NCBI GenBank assembly: GCA_038816475.1
Contig: JAWBAI010000010.1
Coordinates: 1-43,661, forward strand
Source of the DNA: Desulfurococcaceae archaeon
Lineage (GTDB): Archaea; Thermoproteota; Thermoprotei_A; Sulfolobales; Desulfurococcaceae
DNA length: 43,661 nt
Direction of reading: 5' to 3'
Both the position numbers and the translations under genes were made by a program. Shown here in pieces: positions 1-9,365 of this stretch (positions are counted from its first letter, which is position 1; the number at the start of each line of letters is the position of its first letter). A model generated the notes under the pieces. The model was not told the DNA's origin. It saw only the letters and a program-made list of their open reading frames with translations, and did no database searches.

Positions 1-113
1 CAACAGCGGATGCACTAGTAAATATGCTCAGAGATATCCAAGCAAAGCTCTTTTCAAACCGTGAAACCGTTAAACTGATCGAAGAACTCAAGCAAGCCAG
101 GATCACAAGGTAA
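1..113 (+). CDS. 3' end of an unidentified CDS (partial)
   Basis: Open frame from window edge (TADALVNMLRDIQAKLFSNRETVKLIEELKQARITR) to TAA at 111-113; no recognisable motif. Confidence 0.55.
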   Translation, partial: TADALVNMLRDIQAKLFSNRETVKLIEELKQARITR

Positions 114-162
114 AGACCAGAAACCATGCTTAAAACCCCAACAAAACTAGTCTTAAACTGGT

Positions 163-264
<102 letters not shown>

Positions 265-295
265 CTCAAAATTGCCTATTTAAAACTCTATACAG

Positions 296-1402
296 ATGAT
301 GTGGTGGGGTTTAAAATTGGATACGGGTTTACTAGTACAAGTGTTCTGGATAGTGTTTTTCTTACTGATAATTACCGGTTTGTACCAGAGAATTCAGCTA
401 CGACTCTGGATCCTGGAGTTGAAGACTAAGCTTAGTGTTATGCGTGCTATTCTAGAGGAAGATAAGCATAGAGTAAAGAGTCTTCTGAGAAACCTTGGGT
501 TGGGTACACCCGAGGTTTTACTGAGCAGAACGCTCGATACTTTCATCATAGAGCCCGTTGAAATAGAGCCCGTAGATATAATCAGAAGACTTGATCACCT
601 GCTGAGAACATCTGAAAACCACACGAAAAGAATGATTGAAGATGCACTACCTAAGCTTGGAAAGCACGAGAGAAGCCTCGTAGAATCCTCTATCGCTATA
701 GTTGTAGCCTTAAATCAGATCTACAAGGTTGTTAGACACTACGTTTTAATCGGAGAGAAGGAAAACAACTACATACTGATCATGCAACTTCAGTACATAC
801 TACCACAAATAATGAAGATTGTTGAAACTTACCACGAAGCATTAACATCCTTTATGAACGGGCTTCCCATTGGTGATGGAGTAGGCCCGCTCTTAGCTTA
901 CATGATAACGGAAAGAGGTGAAGTCAGATCTAGAACCGTAGTTGATGATACAAGTATCATCGAGGTGATGTACAAGAACAGAAGGCTATTCGTCGTCAAA
1001 GCCGAAGGTCCAGGTAGTAATGTTGGTCATCCAGGAGCCATCATAAGCAAGCTGGTAGATGATCTAAAGGGCGCTGTGGACCTGGTGATCACGGTCGATG
1101 CAGCGCTGAAGCTTGAAGGAGAGGAAACAGGGTCTATAGCGGAGGGTTATGGAGCAGCCATAGGGGATCTCGGTCCCGAGAAAATAGCCATTGAGAGAGC
1201 CACAGCAAAGTACAATATTCCTCTTAGAGCACTAGTTATAAAAATGGACTTAAAGGACGCTATTACAACCATGAAGAAGGAGCTGTACGATGCTATCGAG
1301 GAAGCTATTTCCTATGTGGACAGGATTATCGAGGAGCACACAAAACCCAATTCAACACTGATATTAGCAGGTATAGGTAATACCATGGGTATACCCGGGT
1401 GA
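296..1402 (+). CDS. DUF1512-family protein with N-terminal TM anchor
   Basis: 368 aa; motifs PIGDGVGP, KAEGPG, VDAALKLEGEETG, GIGNTMG typical of this archaeal family. Confidence 0.8.
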   Translation: MMWWGLKLDTGLLVQVFWIVFFLLIITGLYQRIQLRLWILELKTKLSVMRAILEEDKHRVKSLLRNLGLGTPEVLLSRTLDTFIIEPVEIEPVDIIRRLDHLLRTSENHTKRMIEDALPKLGKHERSLVESSIAIVVALNQIYKVVRHYVLIGEKENNYILIMQLQYILPQIMKIVETYHEALTSFMNGLPIGDGVGPLLAYMITERGEVRSRTVVDDTSIIEVMYKNRRLFVVKAEGPGSNVGHPGAIISKLVDDLKGAVDLVITVDAALKLEGEETGSIAEGYGAAIGDLGPEKIAIERATAKYNIPLRALVIKMDLKDAITTMKKELYDAIEEAISYVDRIIEEHTKPNSTLILAGIGNTMGIPG

Positions 1403-1408
1403 ATTCTT

Positions 1409-1690
1409 TTGAACAGTGACCAGGTGTTAACATACGTAGCTGTAGCACTCGTATTTCTCATGGTTATAGCATACTACGCTTACGAAGCAATAAAAACCAG
1501 AAGAAGACGTAGACCAGAGTACATGATCAGAGAACTACTAGTATGTGTAAAGTGCAACTACAGAGTTGAAAGGGATCACGAAGCCGGTGACTTCATAGGT
1601 TTAATCAAAGACACTTGTCCCAAGTGTGGAGGAGACCTAAAGATCAGAGGAATATACGCAGTTGAGAAAAAACAGGTATTTAAACCCTGA
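1409..1690 (+). CDS. Small membrane-anchored Zn-ribbon protein
   Basis: N-terminal TM helix, basic stretch, CVKC and CPKC pairs; 6 nt downstream of the DUF1512 gene. Confidence 0.75.
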   Translation: MNSDQVLTYVAVALVFLMVIAYYAYEAIKTRRRRRPEYMIRELLVCVKCNYRVERDHEAGDFIGLIKDTCPKCGGDLKIRGIYAVEKKQVFKP

Positions 1691-1708
1691 AAACAATAGC
1701 ACACAACT

Positions 1709-1842
1709 GCGGCACCCGACCCGGCCATAGTGGCCGGGCAACACCCGGTCTCATCAGAACCCGGAAGTTAAGCCGGCCACGTTAGGGTGGCCGTGAGGTC
1801 CGCGAGGCCTCGCAGCCACCCTAAGCTGGGATCGGGTGCCGC
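1709..1842 (+). rRNA. rrf: 5S rRNA (unlinked, extended helix I)
   Basis: GCGGCACCCGA...TCGGGTGCCGC terminal stem; conserved GGCCATAG, ACACCCGGTCTCAT, GAACCCGGAAGTTAAG segments. Ends approximate. Confidence 0.95.
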
Positions 1843-2229
1843 TTTCAACCCCTTTAAGCTTACACACTTGTTCATGATAAGTGGTGTAGATAGAAACGTT
1901 CATAAGCACCTTATAGATAGTACTTTGCTGAAGTTGTTCAATGAAGGAATTGAAATCTACTGAGGGGTTCTCTCCTAATCACTTGGGACTCGTGACGGTT
2001 AAAGCTGTCCTAAACGTCTCTTAGGGTGATCCAAGCAAACAAGCGTGGGGAGTATAAACGAAGCAATGAGGCAAACCTATACAAACTAGGATGCACATAC
2101 GCAGTAAACCGCCTTCCGTGTACCACTACAGGAGAGCTTATAGGGACCTTTGGTGCGATTGGAGGCAAGTTATTTAATAACCCCTAATTTAGGCATTTAA
2201 TACGAGTACGAATACTTAGTGGTGGTTTA

Positions 2230-2517
2230 ATGGTAAGGTTTTGTCCCAGGTGCGGTTCAATAATGTATCCTTTCAAGAAGGGAGATGAAGTCTTATTGAA
2301 GTGTACTAAGTGTGGTTTTGAAACAAAGGCTAGGGATAAAGAGAAGTACAGTATGAAGTACCAGGTTGGTTCATCGAAGAGAACTGTAACAGCGAAAGTT
2401 AGTGAAGCTAAGGAGTCGAAGATTACGCCTGAAGAGAGAGAAATGCTTAGAGAGTACTACGAGATATTCCTCGAGGAGTTTGAGCGAAGCGAGTTCGAAG
2501 AAAGCGGCGAGGAGTAG
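2230..2517 (+). CDS. TFS/RpoM-like protein, N-terminal Zn ribbon only, acidic tail
   Basis: MVRFCPRCGSIM...LKCTKCGF matches the RpoM/TFS N-terminal ribbon; no second ribbon or QTRSADE motif. GGTGG RBS upstream. Confidence 0.75.
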   Translation: MVRFCPRCGSIMYPFKKGDEVLLKCTKCGFETKARDKEKYSMKYQVGSSKRTVTAKVSEAKESKITPEEREMLREYYEIFLEEFERSEFEESGEE

Positions 2518-2531
2518 CTGTACTCAGGTGA

Positions 2532-2588
2532 TCAGCTGAGAGTAGTTTTCTTCATGTCTTCGTCCGAGCCGTCACCAGACATCATCAC
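2532..2588 (-). ncRNA. Candidate box C/D sRNA
   Basis: Minus strand: C box GTGATGA (2588-2582), C' ATGAAGA (2555-2549), 13-nt guide, D box CTGA (2535-2532); 57 nt, intergenic. D' is degenerate. Confidence 0.45.
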
Positions 2589-2689
2589 TACAGTATTATC
2601 CTTGATTGTGCTTATTTAAGTTTGCTCCTCCACCAAATAATAAGATAAGATATCAGATATCCTGGATCACAGTTAATGTGGTGTGCTTA

Positions 2690-4501
2690 TTGGTTAGGGT
2701 AGCAGTTGTAGACAAGGATTACTGTAAGCCAAATAGGTGTACTCTTGAGTGCATACGGTTTTGCCCAGTGAACAGAAGTAGAAAGAAAAAAGCTGTAGAT
2801 CTAACAGAGGATAGATCAAGAGCTGTGATCTACGAGGATGTCTGCGTCGGATGCGGTATATGTGTAAAGAAGTGCCCCTTCAACGCGATATCAATAGTTA
2901 ATCTTCCCGATGAGCTCGAGAAAATCCTAGTTCACAGGTTTGGTGAGAACACATTTAAACTCTACGGTTTACCAACACCTAGGACCGGAGAGGTACTTGG
3001 AGTCATTGGGCAGAACGGTGTTGGTAAAACAACAAGTATAAAGATACTATCGGGTCAAATAAAGCCCAATATGGGTAGATTCAACGATCCTCCCGACTGG
3101 GACGAGGTGATCAGGGCTTTCCGCGGAACAGAACTTCAAGCTTATCTTGGAAAGCTTGCTGATGGAAAGATCAAGGCTGTAGTTAAACCACAGTACATTG
3201 AGCCGGCTAAGCGTATTCTGAGAGGAACGGTGAGAAATGTCCTGGAGAAACTCAACGAGAGAGGTCTACTGAAGGAGCTCGTTCAAGCCCTTGCTCTAGA
3301 GAGAATCCTTGATAAGAAAATAAATGAGCTTAGTGGAGGAGAACTTCAGAAAACGCTTATAGCGGCTGTTCTCCTGAAGAACGCGAACGCGTTCTTCTTA
3401 GATGAACCCTGTAGCTATCTTGACATAAGAGAAAGACTCAGAGTTGCTAAGGCTGTAATGGAGTACACGAGGCCAGCTGAGAACTACGTAGTGATCATAG
3501 AACACGACCTCATGATCCTGGACTACATGACAGATAACATCGCTGTAATATACGGGGAGCCAGGGGTCTTCGGTATATCCTCAAAACCCTACAGCACGAA
3601 AGCCGGAATAAACCACTACTTAAAAGGCTATCTGCCAGCTGAGAACATGAGAATCAGAGATGAGGAGGTAAAGTTCAGAATCAGCGTTAGAAGTGAGGTT
3701 AAACCCGAAGTACTCTACCCTGTAATTGCATGGGACAACATAGAGTTCCAGTATAATGGAGGGTTTAAACTCACAGCTGAGAGTGGAGAAGTTTACGCAG
3801 GCGAAGTAGTAGGTGTCGCAGGACCAAACGGTATTGGTAAAACCACGTTCATAAAGATACTAAGTGGTGAGCTGAAACCTCAAAAGGGCATGGTTCTAGT
3901 ATCACCGGAGAATGTTAGCGTTAAGCCTCAGGAGGTTTCACCTAAGATATTCACCGAGGAGACAGTATCAGCAAACCTTAAAGCATCCTCGCCGAGCGCT
4001 GTTGATCCTTCCTCGTGGCTTTACGTTGAGCTCGTGAAAAGACTTAAACTCAACAAACTACTCGATAGAAAAGTAGAGGATTTAAGTGGTGGAGAACTCC
4101 AGAAGCTCGCAGTTGCCTGCGCACTAGCTAAAGAATCGGATCTGTACTTCCTAGATGAACCATCCGCTTACCTCGACGTAGAGGAGCGTATTGCTGTGGC
4201 AAGAGCAATAAGGAGGGTTGTTGAAGAAAAGAAGAAAGCGGCGATCGTAGTTGAGCACGATCTACTGCTTCAAACATACGTAAGCGATAAAATAATGGTG
4301 TTCTGGGGTGAACCAGCGGTTGAAGGGAGATCAACAAAACCTCTCAATCCTCAAACAGGATTTAACACCTTACTTCAGCATCTCGATATAACTGTGAGAA
4401 GAGATCCTGAATCGGGAAGACCCAGGGTTAATAAACCAGGTTCTGTGCTAGACAGAGAGCAAAAACAGTATGGAGTTTTCTTCGTAGCGGATAATTTTTA
4501 A
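2690..4501 (+). CDS. rli1: Ribosome recycling ATPase ABCE1/RLI1
   Basis: Two Fe-S motifs (CKPNRCTLECIRFCP; CVGCGICVKKCP), two ABC domains (GQNGVGKTT, GPNGIGKTT, LSGGELQ x2), RPRVNKPGS. Start moved to TTG 2690 (GTGGTG RBS) from ORF-track 2606. Confidence 0.97.
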   Translation: MVRVAVVDKDYCKPNRCTLECIRFCPVNRSRKKKAVDLTEDRSRAVIYEDVCVGCGICVKKCPFNAISIVNLPDELEKILVHRFGENTFKLYGLPTPRTGEVLGVIGQNGVGKTTSIKILSGQIKPNMGRFNDPPDWDEVIRAFRGTELQAYLGKLADGKIKAVVKPQYIEPAKRILRGTVRNVLEKLNERGLLKELVQALALERILDKKINELSGGELQKTLIAAVLLKNANAFFLDEPCSYLDIRERLRVAKAVMEYTRPAENYVVIIEHDLMILDYMTDNIAVIYGEPGVFGISSKPYSTKAGINHYLKGYLPAENMRIRDEEVKFRISVRSEVKPEVLYPVIAWDNIEFQYNGGFKLTAESGEVYAGEVVGVAGPNGIGKTTFIKILSGELKPQKGMVLVSPENVSVKPQEVSPKIFTEETVSANLKASSPSAVDPSSWLYVELVKRLKLNKLLDRKVEDLSGGELQKLAVACALAKESDLYFLDEPSAYLDVEERIAVARAIRRVVEEKKKAAIVVEHDLLLQTYVSDKIMVFWGEPAVEGRSTKPLNPQTGFNTLLQHLDITVRRDPESGRPRVNKPGSVLDREQKQYGVFFVADNF

Positions 4502-4586
4502 ATAAACATTTAAAAGCTCATAACACCCCAACTGATATAAACTTATAAACCCTTAACACAAATACAGTAAAACGGAGGTGTTTGAG

Positions 4587-5717
4587 TTGGCGGAAAAAAC
4601 AACTCTTTCTATAATAAAAGCAGATGTAGGTAGCATAGCAGGGCACCACATCGTTCACCCCGATCAGATCGCTGCTGCAACGAAAATCCTTGCTGAGGCT
4701 AAGCAGAGAGGACAAATAATAGATTTCTATGTAACACACGTTGGTGACGATCTACAGTTAATAATGACCCACACGAAGGGGCCAGACAACCCAGATATAC
4801 ATGGATTAGCTTGGGAAGCGTTTAAGGCTGCTGCCAAGGTAGCACGTGATCTAAAGCTTTATGCAGCGGGACAAGACCTCTTATCAGAAGCGTTCTCAGG
4901 TAATGTAAGAGGTCTTGGACCAGGTGTTGCAGAGCTTGAAATGGAGGAGAGAGCTTCAGAGCCTGTGGTAACATTCCACGCTGATAAAACCGAGCCAGGA
5001 GCCTTTAACCTACCAATCTTCAGGATATTCGCTGACCCGTTCAACACAGCTGGGCTTGTAATAGACCCCAAGATGCACGATGGATTCGTGTTCGAAGTAT
5101 ACGATGTATTTGAGGGTAAAAGCATCTTAATGAAATCACCAGAGGAAATGTACGATATTCTAGCTTTGATTGGAACACCTGGTAGGTACATTGTTAGAAG
5201 AGTTTATAGAAAAAGCGATAACCTACTCGCTGCTGTTGTAAGCGTTGAAAGGTTGAATCTAATAGCTGGGAGATACGTTGGTAAGGATGACCCGGTTGCA
5301 ATAGTTAGAGCACAGCACGGATTACCAGCTGTCGGAGAAATACTCGAAGCTTTCGCTTTCCCACACCTCGTTGCAGGCTGGATGAGAGGTAGTCACTTTG
5401 GTCCACTCATGCCTGTTCCAATGAGGTACGCTAAGGTAACAAGATTCGATGGTCCACCACGCGTAATAGCACTTGGATGGAACATAAACAAGGGTAGATT
5501 AATAGGGCCAGTAGACCTCTTCGACGATGTAGCGTACGATGAAACAAGAAGACTGGCACAGTTCATAGCAGAGTACATCAGAAGACATGGCCCGTTCATG
5601 CCACACAGACTTGGACCAGAGGAAATGGAGTATACAACACTACCACAGGTTCTGGAGAAGCTGAAGGATAGATTCATCAAAACCGAGGAAGTAAAAGTAA
5701 GGAAGCCATCCCAGTAA
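4587..5717 (+). CDS. fbp: Bifunctional fructose-1,6-bisphosphate aldolase/phosphatase (class V)
   Basis: IKADVGS, HVGDD, GQDLL, DKTEPGAFN, YVGKDDP, GWMRGSH, RHGPFMPHRL. TTG 4587 follows GGAGGTG RBS. Confidence 0.97.
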   Translation: MAEKTTLSIIKADVGSIAGHHIVHPDQIAAATKILAEAKQRGQIIDFYVTHVGDDLQLIMTHTKGPDNPDIHGLAWEAFKAAAKVARDLKLYAAGQDLLSEAFSGNVRGLGPGVAELEMEERASEPVVTFHADKTEPGAFNLPIFRIFADPFNTAGLVIDPKMHDGFVFEVYDVFEGKSILMKSPEEMYDILALIGTPGRYIVRRVYRKSDNLLAAVVSVERLNLIAGRYVGKDDPVAIVRAQHGLPAVGEILEAFAFPHLVAGWMRGSHFGPLMPVPMRYAKVTRFDGPPRVIALGWNINKGRLIGPVDLFDDVAYDETRRLAQFIAEYIRRHGPFMPHRLGPEEMEYTTLPQVLEKLKDRFIKTEEVKVRKPSQ

Positions 5718-5776
5718 ACCCCTTCTAAAAGCTATTTTTTCCTTTTGAACCCCCTTGTATCAAAAGGGGATGCTCG

Positions 5777-6478
5777 TTGAAACCCATACTTGCTGTAAAC
5801 TACAAAGCGTACTATCCGCATAGCTTTGGAAAACACGCGGTTGAAATAGCCAAAGCAGCTGTAAGGGTTAAGAGCGAAGTAGACATAGAGATTATTCTTG
5901 CTCCCCCCTTCACAGAGCTGTACAGAGTCTTAAGAGAAGTAGAAGGTAGTGGAGTAAGAGTGTACGCTCAACACGCTGACCCCATGGAACCAGGTGCAAT
6001 CACAGGCTATACTCCGCTAGAAGGGTTGAAAGAACTCGGTGTTCAAGGAGTAATCATAAACCACAGTGAACACAGGCTTAAGCTCTCGGATATAAAGTAC
6101 CTGATCAGTAAAGCTCACTCCTTGGGATTAGATGTTCTCGCTTGTGCTGATGAACCTGAAACTGGTGCAGCTATTGCTGTTCTAGAGCCGGACATGATTG
6201 CTGTAGAGCCTCCCGAGCTCATTGGAACTGGAATTAGTGTTAGTAAAGCTAAACCAGAAGTTATCACGAGAAGCGTTGAGCTAATCAGAAGAGTGAATTC
6301 ACGCGTTAAAATACTCACGGGTGCAGGTATATCCACAGGAGAAGACGTGTACATAGCGGTGAAACTGGGTACAGTAGGAGTACTCGTAGCATCAGCCATA
6401 GTGAAGGCAAAAGACCCTTACGCAGTAATGCGGGAAATGGCTCTGGAAGCGGTAAGAGCCATCAGTGAACTTAAGTAG
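5777..6478 (+). CDS. tpiA: Triosephosphate isomerase (archaeal type)
   Basis: VNYKAY, AQHAD, NHSEHR, AVEPPELIGTG, GAGIS, GVLVASA. Confidence 0.96.
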   Translation: MKPILAVNYKAYYPHSFGKHAVEIAKAAVRVKSEVDIEIILAPPFTELYRVLREVEGSGVRVYAQHADPMEPGAITGYTPLEGLKELGVQGVIINHSEHRLKLSDIKYLISKAHSLGLDVLACADEPETGAAIAVLEPDMIAVEPPELIGTGISVSKAKPEVITRSVELIRRVNSRVKILTGAGISTGEDVYIAVKLGTVGVLVASAIVKAKDPYAVMREMALEAVRAISELK

Positions 6479-6546
6479 CCTCGAAAACACCGAGTACAAC
6501 AACATTGATAAACCCCCGTTTTCTTTACTAATTAATAGCACTCTAA

Positions 6547-6648
6547 GCCGCCGTAGCTCAGCCTGGTAGAGCGCCGGCCTCGTAAGGGTCCAGGTGCAGC
6601 CGAAGTCGAGATAGCCGGTGGACGCGGGTTCAAATCCCGCCGGCGGCT
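6547..6648 (+). tRNA. tRNA-Thr(CGT) with 28-nt intron at 37/38 (6585-6612)
   Basis: Acceptor GCCGCCG/CGGCGGC; anticodon stem CCGGC/GCCGG with CT-CGT-A; CTCG pairs with intron CGAG (6607-6610), forming the BHB central helix; T-loop GTTCAAATC. Confidence 0.95.
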
Positions 6649-6809
6649 TAAAGACTTTAACCTCTGCTAGATCCTTGCTTATTTCATGGGTAAGTATGCA
6701 CTTTTACTGATTAGCTTTATATCTTTAATTGACAGTATTAACTATTGGTGATTCAAGGACAGATAACGGGGTGCTGAAATTAGAACACTGTGCAGCAGGC
6801 TTTGATAGT

Positions 6810-7661
6810 ATGCTTTTAAAGATGCTTGGACTCGGGTTACTATTGCTCGCAGTTGTGTTCTTAGCTCTCGGAGTAGGGGTTTCCACGGCTAGATCCCAGT
6901 TGATATACGTGGATGGAGACTCGTGTGGATACGAGGTTGCAAGAGCACTAGCAACTATGCAGGGGCTTTGGGGGTACATTGCTAGGTACTGGGAGCTGGA
7001 TCCTGCTCTGCTTCGCGAAGGCGTAGTCTTAGTTGTATTGTACACGAACATAACACCAGTTGAAGCTTTTAACAAGCTGCAAATACTGAAGAACAAACCC
7101 AGCGTCATCACAATAGTAACAGACGTTGCATTCGAACACCTTGGAGAAGTTTCACAGAGAAGAGTTATTAACACCACAGACCTATGGATGTACTGCGTGT
7201 ACGAAGACCAGGAAGCACTGAACAGAATAGCACTAGTTATCAAAAGCAATCTTCCCGAAAGTACACAGGGCTGGTTTAACACCTCACCATACGTTCTCAT
7301 TGCTGGACTAGCTGTTTTAGCAGCCAGTTTAAGCTTTAACAGTGAAGTCAGAGATTTTGCGAGGAAAACAGGTAGAAGAGCATATTCAACGGTGCTTCTC
7401 CTAATAGCAGTACTAGGCTTAAGGATCAGGGGTGAAAAAGCGCTAGAACACCCGCTGAGAGTAGAAATATGCAGAATGCTCATGCAAAACGGTGAAATGT
7501 CCTTCTCCGAGATCAAGAGTAAACTAAACGTTGGTAGAGGAACACTAGAATGGCATCTCAATCTACTAGTTCGAGCTGGAGTAGTACAAGAGATCAAGAG
7601 AAACAGAGCAAGGTTCTACAGGCTACTAGTCAAGGAAACCAACAAGAATATCTTGAAATAA
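6810..7661 (+). CDS. Membrane-anchored protein with C-terminal ArsR-like winged HTH
   Basis: Signal/TM helix at N-terminus, ~130-aa unknown domain, further hydrophobic helices, then ALEHPLRVEIC...SFSEIK...RGTLEWHLNLLVRAGVV. Start ATG 6810 preferred over 6729. Confidence 0.75.
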   Translation: MLLKMLGLGLLLLAVVFLALGVGVSTARSQLIYVDGDSCGYEVARALATMQGLWGYIARYWELDPALLREGVVLVVLYTNITPVEAFNKLQILKNKPSVITIVTDVAFEHLGEVSQRRVINTTDLWMYCVYEDQEALNRIALVIKSNLPESTQGWFNTSPYVLIAGLAVLAASLSFNSEVRDFARKTGRRAYSTVLLLIAVLGLRIRGEKALEHPLRVEICRMLMQNGEMSFSEIKSKLNVGRGTLEWHLNLLVRAGVVQEIKRNRARFYRLLVKETNKNILK

Positions 7662-7744
7662 TACCTCATTCAACACGCAAGTAGAATTTTCTAGCAGTTA
7701 ATATTTATAAATTCTAGAGTTCCACGTAAATACGGGGATACAGC

Positions 7745-7825
7745 TTGAAGTGGCTAGAGGAAGAATGGGAGGAAGAGTGGGAGGAAGAAGAGTGGGAAGA
7801 GGAAGAATGGGAAGAGGAGTGGTAG
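7745..7825 (+). CDS. 26-aa Glu/Trp-repeat micro-protein MKWLEEEWEEEWEEEEWEEEEWEEEW
   Basis: TTG start ~6 nt after GGGGA RBS-like motif; AT-rich TATA-like TTTATAAA at ~7705; GAA/GAG alternate at synonymous positions; double TAG TAG stop. Confidence 0.7.
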   Translation: MKWLEEEWEEEWEEEEWEEEEWEEEW

Positions 7826-7832
7826 TAGCTAG

Positions 7833-8324
7833 CTAGAGAAGCGCGAAAAGAGCCTCAACGTTTTTTACCAGCTTGCTCAGATCATTGCTATTGAGCTCAC
7901 TGAACTTCCTCTGCTCGAGACCAAGGGGAAAACACGATTCTCTATTCTCAAGCTCTGTGTCCACGGCTACAACGTAGTAATCAAGCCCAGCGCTGATAGC
8001 TGTTTCCAGGGTGCTGATCAGTCTTTCTAGTTGCTTCTCTCCAGTGCAGAGGAGAGCTAGTACTAAGCCTTTGTTTTTAACTCTTCGTATCCTGTGAGAG
8101 TACAGCTTGTAGTGAACAGCGCCCTGCAACAGCTCTAGTATTGAGTTAACAGTGTTAACGGGTATAATTGCTATGGGTTTATCGGGTGTTATTCTCCTGT
8201 AGTTGACTTCTGCTTCTAGACTTCTACTCTGGTTTCTACATAGATACATGCTTACTCTAAAGGATGTACTTCTCCACCAGAGGTTTACTTCTATGCTACC
8301 GTTGCTCAGTTGCTTAACTAGCAC
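7833..8324 (-). CDS. Probable KEOPS subunit Cgi121-like protein
   Basis: 163 aa; segment [25 protein letters not shown] resembles the Cgi121 LLxxxGxxQIxxAI motif; overlaps the rps17e stop. Confidence 0.5.
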   Translation of the reverse strand: MLVKQLSNGSIEVNLWWRSTSFRVSMYLCRNQSRSLEAEVNYRRITPDKPIAIIPVNTVNSILELLQGAVHYKLYSHRIRRVKNKGLVLALLCTGEKQLERLISTLETAISAGLDYYVVAVDTELENRESCFPLGLEQRKFSELNSNDLSKLVKNVEALFALL

Positions 8325-8553
8325 TGCTTTGTGCCTCTGCTTCAGCGGATCGTACTTGCTCTCGCTTCTCTGCTATACCTATGAGGTGAGTTATGTATCC
8401 TGCAATTCTATTTCTAAGCTTCTTGGAGGGAACAATAGCAAGTCTAGCAACCATGCGCTTGTTGTGCTCAAAATCACGTGTAAACATGTCTGGGTACTTC
8501 TCTAGTAGCTCTCTTGCTACTCTCTTAACAAGCTTAGTTCTAACTTTACCCAT
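8314..8553 (-). CDS. rps17e: 30S ribosomal protein S17e
   Basis: [11 protein letters not shown]...FTRDFEHNK...[13 protein letters not shown]. Confidence 0.98.
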   Translation of the reverse strand: MGKVRTKLVKRVARELLEKYPDMFTRDFEHNKRMVARLAIVPSKKLRNRIAGYITHLIGIAEKREQVRSAEAEAQSSAS

Positions 8554-8693
8554 GCATTATCACCGTAATCAACGTGTAACCAGGGTTCTCGAACACCTGG
8601 TGCTCCAACTGGATTTAAGAAGTGTAAAATCTAGTTTTAAGCTTTACTATCTCTTGGGAGTTAAGGAGTGCACGAAGGGGCTGTGTAAACTGT

Positions 8694-8745
8694 GTGATGA
8701 AAACCACCGACTACGATGGAGATGAAGAAGCTCCAGCGGATCTGA
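8694..8745 (+). ncRNA. Candidate box C/D sRNA
   Basis: C GTGATGA (8694-8700), 12-nt guide, D'-like ACGA (8713-8716), C' ATGAAGA (8722-8728), 13-nt guide, D CTGA (8742-8745); canonical 52-nt spacing. Confidence 0.55.
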
Positions 8746-9256
8746 AGCCTTCTCTACACTCCTCGAGCAGGTTTCTCAGCTTAGCAAGTCTACTAGCAGT
8801 GTTCACGGGAACTCCGAGAACTCGTGCTATGCTTTCTGCGTCTAGAGGAGAACCAGTGAACTTCTCAGCTTCGAGGAGTTTCTCGTACATGCTCTTCTGA
8901 ATACTCCACGTTACAACTTCTCTAGTGCCCTTCACCTGTATCACCAGGTAAACGTCTTCAACATCAAGTACAATTGTTCTGTCAACTCTACAGTAGTTGT
9001 AGAGTAGTTTTTCAAGAGGTCTGTAGAACTCCTGCTTAACGTAAAGCTTATTGTTTCTCTCCTCTATGATACCAAGTTTTCGTAGCCACCATAAGGCTCT
9101 TTTTACAACCTCGTTTGATAAACCGGTTATTTCGCGTAGTTCCTCGGTTGTTAAACCTTTATAGCTGAACAACGCGCTTAAAACAACGAATAACCATGGT
9201 TTACTAATTAAGGTTCTCTTAAGTAGCGTACCTGGTGAAACATCAGTACTTTTCAA
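8711..9256 (-). CDS. Putative DNA-binding protein with N- and C-terminal HTH-like segments
   Basis: [30 protein letters not shown] (wHTH) and [19 protein letters not shown]. Start TTG 9256 after GGTGG; the longer ORF-track N-terminus is antisense to ahcY. Confidence 0.7.
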   Translation of the reverse strand: MKSTDVSPGTLLKRTLISKPWLFVVLSALFSYKGLTTEELREITGLSNEVVKRALWWLRKLGIIEERNNKLYVKQEFYRPLEKLLYNYCRVDRTIVLDVEDVYLVIQVKGTREVVTWSIQKSMYEKLLEAEKFTGSPLDAESIARVLGVPVNTASRLAKLRNLLEECREGFRSAGASSSPS

Positions 9257-9365
9257 ATCTAACCACCAATCTTCACAAGTTCTCGGCTTTATGCTACAAA
9301 CTGTGTATACAGCTACTGGTATATTACCGTGCAGTTTCCTCAGTTGGAAACAGGGGGTGTTCAGC

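Noticed and set aside
1933-1956. GTTGTTCAATGAAGGAATTGAAAT resembles a CRISPR repeat 3' end
   Set aside because: Single copy, no spacer periodicity, no cas genes in the window.
6725-7597. 290-aa minus-strand ORF
   Set aside because: Antisense shadow of the wHTH membrane protein; no motifs.
7756-7822. Purine-rich repeat read as a non-coding microsatellite
   Set aside because: Variation is synonymous or in whole codons, with start, RBS and double stop, so a peptide is the better explanation.
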